Shown in pieces: positions 25,971 to 34,746 of a DNA stretch of 64,000 nt. Where the stretch lies: positions 2,656,001 to 2,720,000 of the forward strand of contig CBDEFM010000002.1 of NCBI GenBank assembly GCA_965237415.1, read 5' to 3'. Both the position numbers and the translations under genes were made by a program. The notes beneath the pieces are model-generated. The model ran no database searches and was not told where the DNA came from. It saw nothing but the letters and a program-made list of their open reading frames with translations. Numbering within the stretch: the first letter of the stretch is position 1; every line of letters begins with the position of its first letter. This DNA is from Alphaproteobacteria bacterium (GTDB lineage Bacteria > Pseudomonadota > Alphaproteobacteria > UBA828).

Positions 25971-27074
25971 TCAGACGAGCTCTTCGATCGGCGTATAGAC
26001 GTCCGCGATCCCGAAATATTTTGGGCCGAACACGTCGAGCGCCTCGGGCGTGCGCATCACCGGCGGCACGCTGACTCCCACCACGCGCACCCGCTGGCCG
26101 TACTTGAGCCCCTCGGTGGTGATGGGCTCGGCGTTTTCCTGATCGAGGATGCAGATCAGGTCCGGCACCATGCCGAGCGTGCGCTCGCCCTGCTGGGCGA
26201 CCAGGAACTCGTTTTGGAAGCGCACTTCCAGTTGCTCCCCCGTGCTCCCGCCGATGCCCTCGAAGATCACCCGCCCGATGGCCCAGCCCCGCGTGGTCTC
26301 GCGCAACAGGTCCACCACCTTGCCTTCGAAGAGCACCTTGCAGAAGCGCTTGTCGCGCGAGGTCTCGAAATAGCGCGCAAGCCCGGCGAAGGGGTCGCTC
26401 TGCGTCTCCCGCGCCTCGCGGATCGAGCGGCCGATCTCCATGGCGAGCGTGGTCGTGTAGAGCACGCCGGTCTCCTTCGCCTCCTTGCCCGACATCGAGT
26501 AGAGCGCGATCTCCGACTTGGTGCCCATGCAGGTGCACACCGCCCGCGCGAACCATTCGGATTCGAGGTTGCTGCGGGCGCGGACGATGACCTCGTTGTC
26601 GTGCTCGTCGCGGAGCACGATGGGTGAAGCCGGCACGCCGTAGACGCCGAAGGTGCACATCTGCAGCTCGGGGAAGGCGCGCCCCATGCCGTCGCCGTCC
26701 ACAACGGGCAAGCCGGTCAGGGCGCCGATCACCATGGGGAGCGTGCCGTTGATGCCGCCGGCCTCTGCGGCAATCAGCGCGTCCGCCTTGCGGCCCTTCT
26801 CGCGCTCGATCGAGCGCAGGCATTTCACCATGGAGAGCGCGCTCGGGATCTTCTCGACCATCACGGTCGGCGCGCCCATGTTGGCGACCGAGACGACGAA
26901 GTCGTCGTCGTCGAGGTCCATCGGGTCCATGATCGTGATGTCGGCGCCTTCCTCCAGCTTCTGCCTGAGGATCAGCCCGCCGACGTAGGGATCGCCACCG
27001 CCGCCGGTGCCGAGAAAGGCGGTGCCGCGCAGGAAGTCCGGCAGCAGGTCGAGGTGCATCTTCATCGTTGGCAT
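25971..27074 (-). CDS. DUF917-family protein
   Basis: GTAFLGTGGGGDP, MGAPT, EAGGIN, DGDGMGRAFPELQM, FQNE, VPDLI; ATG at 27074 after AAGGA. Confidence 0.88.
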   Translation of the reverse strand: MPTMKMHLDLLPDFLRGTAFLGTGGGGDPYVGGLILRQKLEEGADITIMDPMDLDDDDFVVSVANMGAPTVMVEKIPSALSMVKCLRSIEREKGRKADALIAAEAGGINGTLPMVIGALTGLPVVDGDGMGRAFPELQMCTFGVYGVPASPIVLRDEHDNEVIVRARSNLESEWFARAVCTCMGTKSEIALYSMSGKEAKETGVLYTTTLAMEIGRSIREARETQSDPFAGLARYFETSRDKRFCKVLFEGKVVDLLRETTRGWAIGRVIFEGIGGSTGEQLEVRFQNEFLVAQQGERTLGMVPDLICILDQENAEPITTEGLKYGQRVRVVGVSVPPVMRTPEALDVFGPKYFGIADVYTPIEELV

Positions 27075-27111
27075 TTCCTTGCTTTCGCTCCTGCTTGCTC
27101 GCTGCTCAGCC

Positions 27112-28650
27112 TTAGGCGAGATCGCCCACCGCCTTGACCCGCACCCGGCAGGCGGCGCCCGGCAGGTAGGCGAGGGGGATCTCCTCGACCTCGATGATCT
27201 CGATGCTGGCGGGCTCGGCGCCGGCATCGACCGCCTTGGCCTGCGCCTCGTCCTTGGCCTGGGCGATGGCGTTCTCCCGCCCCTCCTGCTCATAGGAGAA
27301 GACGCGGTCGACCTCGCCGCCAACCTGGGCGATGGCGGCGCCGATGGCGTTGGCGACCGCCGAATGCTCGGGAATGCTGAGGGTCGAAACGCCGGCGAGT
27401 TCGCGCTCCATCAGGATGCTGCCGCCGCCCACCAGGATCGCAGGCACCGGCTCTGCGCTCGTCTTCATACGATCGATCGCGTCCTCCACCATAACGTGGA
27501 TTTTCTCGAGCGCACGCCCCACGGCCGCGCCGTCCAGCCCGGCGACGGCCTCACGGTTGCCGATATCGGCGAGGCCCGCCGCGACGGCGATGTCGGTGGC
27601 GGTGAGCGTGCGGCCGCCGAAGACCAGCGCCTTCTCGGTGAGCTCGAAGCCGACGGAATCGGGGCCGACTGTGACCGGATCGTCGCCCCGCACCAGGCTG
27701 CCGCCGCCCAGCCCGATCGCCAGCACGTCGGGCATGCGGAAATTGGTCCGCACCCCGCCGACATCGACGGCAACCGCCGATTCCCGCGGGAAGCCCCGGG
27801 CCAGCACGCCGACATCGGTGGTGGTGCCGCCGATATCGACCACTACGGCGTTCTCCTGGTCGGAGAGGAAGGCCGCGCCCCGCATGCTGTTGGTGGGGCC
27901 GGAGGCGAAGGTCAGCACCGGATAGCGCTCGACGTAAGCCGCGCTCATCAGAGTGCCGTCGTTCTGGCTAATGAAGAAGGGGGCCTCGATTGAAAGCTCC
28001 TTCAACGCCTCGCTAAAGGAGCCCACCACCTTGGCGGAGAGCGAGACCAGGGCTGCGTTCATCACCGCCGCGTTCTCGCGCTCGATCAGCCCCACCCGGC
28101 CAATCTCGTTGGAGAGCGTGATCTGGGCATCCGGGTGTTCGGCCCGGATGATCTCGGCGGCCCGGTCCTCCTGAGCGCTGTTGAGGGGGGCGAAGACCGA
28201 GGAAATTGCGATCGATTCCAGTCCCTTGGCGGCAATGTCCCGGGCGATGCCGGCGATCTCGGCTTCGTCGAGGGGCGAGATCTCGCGCCCGTCCACCTCG
28301 TAGCCGCCCTTCGCCATGTAGACGTGGCGCCCGATGACATCTACCAGGTCGCGTGGCCAGTCGATCAGGGGGTTGAGGCTCTCGGTCGCCGGCAGCGCGA
28401 GACGAACGATGGCCACCGGCACCAGGCGCCGGCGCTCGACGATCGCGTTGGTGAACTGGGTGGTGCCGATCATTACCCCGGCGATGGCTCCGGGTGCGAT
28501 CGCCGATTGGGCCATCACGCCCTCGATCGCAGCCACCACGCCTGCGCCCACATCGGCGGTGGTCGGTGCCTTGATGGAAGCGACGACCGTCGCGCCGTCC
28601 ATCAGCACCGCATCGGTGTTGGTTCCGCCGACATCGACACCGATTCTCAT
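27112..28650 (-). CDS. Hydantoinase/oxoprolinase A-family protein
   Basis: IGVDVGGTNTDA, GTTQFTNA, ERENA, SGPTNS, DIGGTTTD, GLGGGS, ANAIGAA. Confidence 0.92.
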   Translation of the reverse strand: MRIGVDVGGTNTDAVLMDGATVVASIKAPTTADVGAGVVAAIEGVMAQSAIAPGAIAGVMIGTTQFTNAIVERRRLVPVAIVRLALPATESLNPLIDWPRDLVDVIGRHVYMAKGGYEVDGREISPLDEAEIAGIARDIAAKGLESIAISSVFAPLNSAQEDRAAEIIRAEHPDAQITLSNEIGRVGLIERENAAVMNAALVSLSAKVVGSFSEALKELSIEAPFFISQNDGTLMSAAYVERYPVLTFASGPTNSMRGAAFLSDQENAVVVDIGGTTTDVGVLARGFPRESAVAVDVGGVRTNFRMPDVLAIGLGGGSLVRGDDPVTVGPDSVGFELTEKALVFGGRTLTATDIAVAAGLADIGNREAVAGLDGAAVGRALEKIHVMVEDAIDRMKTSAEPVPAILVGGGSILMERELAGVSTLSIPEHSAVANAIGAAIAQVGGEVDRVFSYEQEGRENAIAQAKDEAQAKAVDAGAEPASIEIIEVEEIPLAYLPGAACRVRVKAVGDLA

Positions 28651-28685
28651 GCCCACGCCCTCCGAATCGTGCGGGCGCATCCTAG

Positions 28686-28710
28686 CCCGGAATTCTCGCC
28701 GGGGTCATGG
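28686..28710 (-). promoter_or_regulatory. 25-bp promoter/operator motif, copy 2
   Basis: Reverse complement CCATGACCCCGGCGAGAATTCCGGG followed by cTAGGAT, 35 bp upstream of the hydantoinase ATG. Confidence 0.65.
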
Positions 28711-28851
28711 TCTGCACGGCACTTTCCGGCCGGCATGATCCACGTCATACCGGAGGCTGCGATTGCTCGCCTAAACTGCACAATCCCGAACTGGCACGGT
28801 CCTCGGGCCTAGGTGCCAGGCAACGGGCGCTGCGGAGAAGGAGGCTTGACC

Positions 28852-29673
28852 ATGGCGTACAAGGAAATCGTCGTGCACGTGGGTCCCGACGAGCGGTCGG
28901 CGGTGCGGCTCGATGCCGCAGTCGAGCTGGCCGAACGCCACGAAGGCAAGGTGACCGGCGTCTACGTGCTGTCTCGTCTCATCGTCCCCGGTTTCGCCAG
29001 CTTCGAGCTCTCCACGGAGGTCTACAAGCGGCTGGATACCGAACAGCGTGCGCTTGCCGAAGAAGCCGAGCGGCAGTTCGCAGAGCGGATGGCGAAGTCG
29101 ACGGCGCCTTCCGAATGGCGGCTCACGACGGGCGACCCCGTCGATGCGCTCACGACGAGCGCGCACTACGCCGACATCGCCGTCGTCGGCCAGACCGACC
29201 CCGACGATGCCAACAGCCTCTCCGGGCTGGCGGACAGCGTGGTGCTGGGCGCGGGTGGCCCCGTGCTGGTCTGGCCCTACGCCGGCTCGTTCAGCGCCAA
29301 CGCGGAGACGGTTGTGCTCGCCTGGAACAGCACCCGCGAGGCGAAGCGTGCGCTCTCCGACGCGCTGCCCATCATGCAGCAGGCGAGCAGGGTTATCGTC
29401 CTCGGCATCGACACCGGCGACGGCAAGCACATAGCGGGTGCCGACGTCAGCGCATACCTGGCACGGCACGGGGTCAGCGCAGAGGCCCGGCACACGGTCA
29501 GCTCGTCGGACCTCGGCGCCAGCGACGCCCTCCTCTCGGAGATCAGCGATCTCGGGGCCGGCCTCCTCGTCATGGGCGGCTACGGCCATCACCGCATGCG
29601 GGAGGTTCTGCTGGGCGGCGTGACCCGCGACATCCTGCGCCAGATGACCGTGCCGGTCGTGATGTCGCATTAG
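28852..29673 (+). CDS. Universal stress protein (tandem UspA domains)
   Basis: YKEIVVHV, AWNSTREA, LVMGGYGH...LGGVTR...PVVMSH; GGAGG RBS. Confidence 0.92.
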   Translation: MAYKEIVVHVGPDERSAVRLDAAVELAERHEGKVTGVYVLSRLIVPGFASFELSTEVYKRLDTEQRALAEEAERQFAERMAKSTAPSEWRLTTGDPVDALTTSAHYADIAVVGQTDPDDANSLSGLADSVVLGAGGPVLVWPYAGSFSANAETVVLAWNSTREAKRALSDALPIMQQASRVIVLGIDTGDGKHIAGADVSAYLARHGVSAEARHTVSSSDLGASDALLSEISDLGAGLLVMGGYGHHRMREVLLGGVTRDILRQMTVPVVMSH

Positions 29674-29697
29674 CCGGGAGGCTGTGACCGAGGCGGC

Positions 29698-30600
29698 CTA
29701 GTAGTCGCGAAGCTCGGAGGCTTCGGTTGCGGCCTTCGCGCCGCCCCGCATCCGCCCGCTGGTCCAGACGCCGAGGATCGTCGCGAGATAGGGCAGCGAG
29801 AGCAGCACGTCATGCGGAATGCTCGCGCCGAAGAGAAGCTGCAGCCTGATCCCCGCGACGCCCACCAGGCTGAAGAACATCGCGGCGAAGGCGGCGCCGA
29901 TGGGGTGGGACGCGCCGAAGATGACGGCGGCGAAGCTCATGAAGCCCCGGCCCGCCGTCATGTTCTGCGCGAAGATGTGGAGGCCGCCTGCCGCAAGCTC
30001 GCCGCCGCCGATGGCGCAGAGAACACCGCCTGCCGCGAGCGCGATGAGGCGCGCGCGGGCCGGATTGGTGCCCACGCTGCGCGCTGCTAACGGATGCTCG
30101 CCTGCGGCGGCGAGCCGCAGGCCGAAGCGCGTGCGCCGCAGCAGCACCCACATGCCCCAGACGACGAAGGGCATCATCAGCACGAAGATGGAGAGTCCGC
30201 CATAGGTGCCAAAGGCATCGCCGAGCCGGGGCACGCCGAAGGGCGCGGTCACCGCGGCGAGGCTGCCGAAGAGGGCCTGCACGGCGAGCGCCGTGCCACC
30301 GATCCCAAGTCCCGTGAGGCCGAGTCCGGCGATGATCGGATTGGCGCCCAGCTTCTCGATCACGAACCAGAGCAGGACCGAGGCGGCGACGCAGAGCACG
30401 CAAGCGATCGCGATGGCAGCCGGGAACGAGCCGGTGAGCACGATGCCGAGGATCGTCGCGCAGGCGCCGATGATCATTACGCCTTCGAGGCCGAGGTGCC
30501 AGACGCCCGCGCGCTGCGCGATGACGCCTGCCATGGTGACGTAGACCAGCGGGGTGCCGGAGCGCAGGATCGCCACCATGAGCTCGTGAAACTCGGTCAT
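29698..30600 (-). CDS. ABC permease (nucleoside/BMP-type, second subunit)
   Basis: TPL, GLEG, RTRFGLRLAAAGEHP, GRGF, LPYLATI. Confidence 0.88.
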   Translation of the reverse strand: MTEFHELMVAILRSGTPLVYVTMAGVIAQRAGVWHLGLEGVMIIGACATILGIVLTGSFPAAIAIACVLCVAASVLLWFVIEKLGANPIIAGLGLTGLGIGGTALAVQALFGSLAAVTAPFGVPRLGDAFGTYGGLSIFVLMMPFVVWGMWVLLRRTRFGLRLAAAGEHPLAARSVGTNPARARLIALAAGGVLCAIGGGELAAGGLHIFAQNMTAGRGFMSFAAVIFGASHPIGAAFAAMFFSLVGVAGIRLQLLFGASIPHDVLLSLPYLATILGVWTSGRMRGGAKAATEASELRDY

Positions 30601-31634
30601 GTGGGCAGCCTGGCTGCCCGCAGGAGGCGGTCCAACAATCCTGACTTCGCGGTGATGAACAGCGCGACGGAGGCGTTGAAGATGTCGATGGCGGCGGCCG
30701 GAAGGCCGGCCAGGATCGGCAGATAGAGCGCGGCGTACGCAAGGCCGCCAAAGAAAATGCTGACGACCGCCGTCGCGAGCACCGAGAGGTTGGCGACCAG
30801 CGCGATCAGCACAGCGGTAAAGCCATGGCCCGGCAGAAATCCGCTGGCGATGCGCCCGGTCGGGCCGAGCAACTCGATGGTGCCGGCAAGCCCGGCGAGC
30901 GCCCCTGAGATCAGGAAGCTCGAAAGACCCAGCGTCCAGAGCCGCGCGCCCTGAAACCGCACCATGGTCGGATTGCGCCCGGCGAGGCTCGCGAGCATGC
31001 CGAAGGGCGTGCGGTTGACCAGCACCCACATGGTGAGCGCGACGACGGCGGCGATACCGATGATGGCGGGCGAGATGCCCTGGGAATCGCTGATGCGGTA
31101 GAGCGCCGGCAGCATTGGGCTCGCTGCCTGCTGGCCGGTGCCGGACGGGTCCTTGAGCGGACCAGAGGTGACGTAGACCAGCACAAGGGCTGCGATGAAG
31201 TTGCCCATGAGCGTCGTGATGACCTCGTCGGTGCCCGAGCGGAGCCTGAGATAGCCCGGCCAGAGCGCCCAGAGCGCGCCGCCGGCCATGCCGGCGAGGA
31301 AGGACGCCGGTAGCACCACGGCTGCCGACGCACCGCCGAGCAGATCCGTGACGAAGGCGGCCGAGATGGCGCCGATATAGAACTGGCCCTGCGCGCCGAT
31401 GTTGAAGAAACCGCAGCGGAAGGAGATCGCGACGCCCGTTGCGGTGATGAAGAGCGGCAAGGCCCAGCGCAGGCTCTGCGCCCAGCCACCCGCGCGCAGG
31501 AAGGCGCCTTCGACGATGGCCTCGAACATTAGCAGGGCCGAGTAGCCCGCAAGCTCGAAGATGACGCCGCAGAGTGCGAGCGCGAGCACGATGAAGGCGA
31601 GTGTGCGGATCACCGCGCCCGCGCGGATGTTCAT
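30597..31634 (-). CDS. ABC permease (nucleoside/BMP-type, first subunit)
   Basis: FNIGAQGQ, EVITTLM.NF, SGALAGLAG, GF.AVLIAL; alternative GTG start 31643. Confidence 0.88.
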   Translation of the reverse strand: MNIRAGAVIRTLAFIVLALALCGVIFELAGYSALLMFEAIVEGAFLRAGGWAQSLRWALPLFITATGVAISFRCGFFNIGAQGQFYIGAISAAFVTDLLGGASAAVVLPASFLAGMAGGALWALWPGYLRLRSGTDEVITTLMGNFIAALVLVYVTSGPLKDPSGTGQQAASPMLPALYRISDSQGISPAIIGIAAVVALTMWVLVNRTPFGMLASLAGRNPTMVRFQGARLWTLGLSSFLISGALAGLAGTIELLGPTGRIASGFLPGHGFTAVLIALVANLSVLATAVVSIFFGGLAYAALYLPILAGLPAAAIDIFNASVALFITAKSGLLDRLLRAARLPT

Positions 31635-31639
31635 GCCGC

Positions 31640-33220
31640 TCACGCGGACGCCCCGGTCATGGCGCGTCCCACCGCCGCGATGTCATAGGGCGGTACGAAC
31701 TCGGCGACGATACGGCCCGAGAGCATGACCACAAGGCGGTGGCCGATGTCGAACAGCTCGTCGAGATCGGACGAGATCAGCAGCACGCCGCAGCCCTGCC
31801 CGGCCGCCTCGCGGAGCGCCGACCAGACGAAGTCCGTGGCGCCGATATCGAGCCCGCGCGCCGGCTGGGCTGCGATGATAAGGCGCGCATCCCTGTCGAT
31901 CTCGCGCGCGAGGATGATTTTTTGGGCGTTGCCGCCGGAGAGCGCGCCGGCGTTCTGGCTCGCCGACGCGTAACGCACCCCCCAGGCCTTGAGGGACTCG
32001 TCGCATCGGCGCTGCAAGGCGGCCGGATCGACGAGGCTGAACAGCGGCCTCTGAAGCAGGTCGCGGACAGACCAGTTCTCCCAAAGCGCGCTGGTGAGGC
32101 TCAGGCCCTCGCTGTTGCGCTCGAACGGGATGACCCGCAAGCCCAGCGCGCGGCGTTGGGCGGGGCTCGCGCGTCGCGCGTCTGTGCCGCTCAGGTGGAT
32201 GTCGCCGCCCGTGACATCGGCGAGGCCGGCGACCGCCTTCACCAGAGTCCGCTGGCCGTTGCCCTGGACCCCGGCGACGCCCACGATCTCCCCCGGCGCG
32301 ACACTGAGGGAGACGCGGTCCAGAGCCGGTTCCTCCGGCTCCTTGGCCGTGCTGACCGATGCGAGCGCGAGGACCGCCCCGCGCGAGGCGGGGGGTGGCT
32401 CCTCGTGCGTGTCGCGCGCCCCCCCACCGCTAAACGGCGCCGCCCCGACGAGGGCGACGGTATCGTCGGCGTCGGCTGAGGCGGCCGTGGCCCCGCCGAT
32501 AATCGTCTCGGCGATACTCGTCTCGTCGGCCCCGGCCCGGGGGAGGGGGCCTGCGACCAGCCGGCCGCCGCGCAGGACCGAGATCGTGTCGGCGACCGCC
32601 AGCACCTCGCGGATCTTGTGCAGGATCAGGATCACCGTGACCCCGTGCCGCCTGAGCCCGCGAATGCGCTCGAACAGCGCCTCGATGCCGGAAGGCGGGA
32701 GCACCGCCGTTGGCTCGTCCAGGATCAGCACGCGTGCGTCGGTGACCAGCGCACGGGCGATCTCCACGCCCTGCTGCGCCTCGACCGGCAGGTCGCGGAT
32801 GCGTCGGCGCGGATCGACGTCGAGGTCGAGGGCGGCGAGACGTTCGCGGCAGCGCCTCAGGAGCTGGCGCCGGCCGTAGAGGCCGATACCGCCGCTGGCG
32901 CCGAACTCCAGCGCCTCCGCCACGGTGAAGGAGGGGGGCAGCGCGAAGCTCTGGTGAACCAGCTCGACCCCGGCCGCCCGCGCGCCGGCGACACGGCCGA
33001 GGCGCAGCGGGCGCCCGTCGATGTGGAGCGAGCCGGCGTCGGGCCGGATAAGACCGGCCGCGACGCGGGCGAAGGTCGTCTTTCCGGCGCCGTTTTGGCC
33101 CACCACGGCGTGAATGGCGCCGCGCTCGAAGGCGATCGAGAGCTCGGCGAGTGCCGTGACCTCGCCGTATGTGACGCGAATCCCGCGGCAGTGGAGGGCC
33201 GGCGGGTCCGCAGCAATCAT
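31640..33220 (-). CDS. ABC ATP-binding protein, two-domain carbohydrate/nucleoside (CUT2) type
   Basis: GQNGAGKT, LILDEPTAVL, GVQGNGQ, LSGGNAQK, GLDIGA; start approximate. Confidence 0.9.
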   Translation of the reverse strand: MIAADPPALHCRGIRVTYGEVTALAELSIAFERGAIHAVVGQNGAGKTTFARVAAGLIRPDAGSLHIDGRPLRLGRVAGARAAGVELVHQSFALPPSFTVAEALEFGASGGIGLYGRRQLLRRCRERLAALDLDVDPRRRIRDLPVEAQQGVEIARALVTDARVLILDEPTAVLPPSGIEALFERIRGLRRHGVTVILILHKIREVLAVADTISVLRGGRLVAGPLPRAGADETSIAETIIGGATAASADADDTVALVGAAPFSGGGARDTHEEPPPASRGAVLALASVSTAKEPEEPALDRVSLSVAPGEIVGVAGVQGNGQRTLVKAVAGLADVTGGDIHLSGTDARRASPAQRRALGLRVIPFERNSEGLSLTSALWENWSVRDLLQRPLFSLVDPAALQRRCDESLKAWGVRYASASQNAGALSGGNAQKIILAREIDRDARLIIAAQPARGLDIGATDFVWSALREAAGQGCGVLLISSDLDELFDIGHRLVVMLSGRIVAEFVPPYDIAAVGRAMTGASA

Positions 33221-33254
33221 ATGTTCCGAGAGGGTTTCCCCCCTATGGCCTGGA

Positions 33255-34328
33255 TCAGAGTTCCGTGTTGAACGGCACCGCGACCGATCCGTCGAGGATA
33301 CCCGCGCGTGCCGCCTCGACATGCGGCCACGCGTCTGCGGACCTTGCGACGATAGCCGCCGGCCCCTGCTCCTGATAGAGCGGCGACAAGAGGAAGTCGA
33401 TCACCCCGCTGCCGAGGCCGGTCGGCACGTGCCGGCCGCCTTGCCAATCCGCGCCGAGCGCGGCGCTCGCCTCGTTGTGGAGCGACTGGCCGAAGTGCAG
33501 GCTCACGACCCCGATCACCGAGGCGGGACCCAGCGGGTATTGAGCCGGGTCGAGCGCGCTCACCATGGCGCCCTCGCGCTCGTTGGCCGCCTGGATGATG
33601 CCGCCGTCGGTCGCGGCGGAATCGGTCTGGATGTAGTCGATCCCGTCCAGGAACATCTGGCTCGCGATCTCGTACCCCTTCGCCGGGTCCTGGAAAGAGC
33701 CTGCGAAGGCGGCGGTGACGGTCGCCTCCGGGTTGACCGCGTGAACGCCGGCCTGGAGCGCATTGAAGTCGGCGTTGAGCGGCGGAATGCTGATGCCGCC
33801 GATATAGCCGATCTGCTTCGACTGCGAGACGTGGGCGGCGAAGATGCCGGACAGGTAGCAGCCGAGATAGTAGTCGTAGGAGACCGTCACCAGGTTGGGG
33901 ATCGGCGGCTCGACCGCATCGCCGAAGAGCTGGATCCACTTGGTCTCGGGATAAAGCGGGGCCACCGCCTTGAAGGCCTCGGAGATGACCGGGAAGGTGC
34001 CCAGCACGATGGAAGCGCCGGCGTCGCCGAGGATTCTGAGCACGGTCTCGTAGGTCGCCGGGTCCTGGGCGTAGATGGCGCGGGTCTCGAATCCCTCCGC
34101 TTCGGAGAGCTGCTGCAGGCGCCCCATCATGGAATCGATGGGGCCGCTGTCGCCCGCCGCCTGGGTGTGCACGAGCGCGACCAGGCCGGTCCCTGCGCGC
34201 GCGGAGAGCGAAAACGCACCGCCCGCGCCGACAACTGCCGAGACTCCTGCAGTGACCGCCAGAAATCGGCGGCGGCTGACGAGGGCACGCATCGCACTCC
34301 GATCCTTCAACGTCGGCTTGTTCGACAT
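33255..34328 (-). CDS. BMP-family (nucleoside-type) substrate-binding protein, Tat signal
   Basis: SRRRFL twin-arginine motif; IGYIGG, GSFQDPAKG typical of BMP/PnrA-like proteins. Confidence 0.85.
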   Translation of the reverse strand: MSNKPTLKDRSAMRALVSRRRFLAVTAGVSAVVGAGGAFSLSARAGTGLVALVHTQAAGDSGPIDSMMGRLQQLSEAEGFETRAIYAQDPATYETVLRILGDAGASIVLGTFPVISEAFKAVAPLYPETKWIQLFGDAVEPPIPNLVTVSYDYYLGCYLSGIFAAHVSQSKQIGYIGGISIPPLNADFNALQAGVHAVNPEATVTAAFAGSFQDPAKGYEIASQMFLDGIDYIQTDSAATDGGIIQAANEREGAMVSALDPAQYPLGPASVIGVVSLHFGQSLHNEASAALGADWQGGRHVPTGLGSGVIDFLLSPLYQEQGPAAIVARSADAWPHVEAARAGILDGSVAVPFNTEL

Positions 34329-34419
34329 GGCCTTTCTCCTCCTCTCCCAAGGGCGCCCACTGCGCCCTTCAGTTCATCGTGGGCAAACCCCACGAGGCGA
34401 AACCGCCGGGCTACACGAC

Positions 34420-34746
34420 TCATGCGCCGATCGGCGGCGAGCACGGCGCCGGGTTCATCACCATCACGTCTTGTTCCTGGATCGCGTCGAGCGCCCACAC
34501 CGACTGGATGAAGGCCTGCCACGCGGGGTCCACGCTCATCGCGGCCCGCCGCCGCTCGCGGTCGGCCAGGCTCTCGTAGGCCCAGATCAGGACGATCCGG
34601 TGCAGCCGGCCGATCTCAGACACGTAGAGGCCCACGAAGTGACCGAGATGGCGCTTCTGGATCGGCAGGCCTTCCGTCTCGTAACGCTTCAGCCAGCCGC
34701 CCACCGTGCCGGGACGGAACGTGTAGGTCCGATGCTCGACGATCAT
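34420..34746 (-). CDS. NIPSNAP-family protein
   Basis: MIVEHRTYTFRPG...IWAYESLADRERRRAAM..DPAW...PCSP; ATGA overlap with the GMC gene. Confidence 0.88.
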   Translation of the reverse strand: MIVEHRTYTFRPGTVGGWLKRYETEGLPIQKRHLGHFVGLYVSEIGRLHRIVLIWAYESLADRERRRAAMSVDPAWQAFIQSVWALDAIQEQDVMVMNPAPCSPPIGA

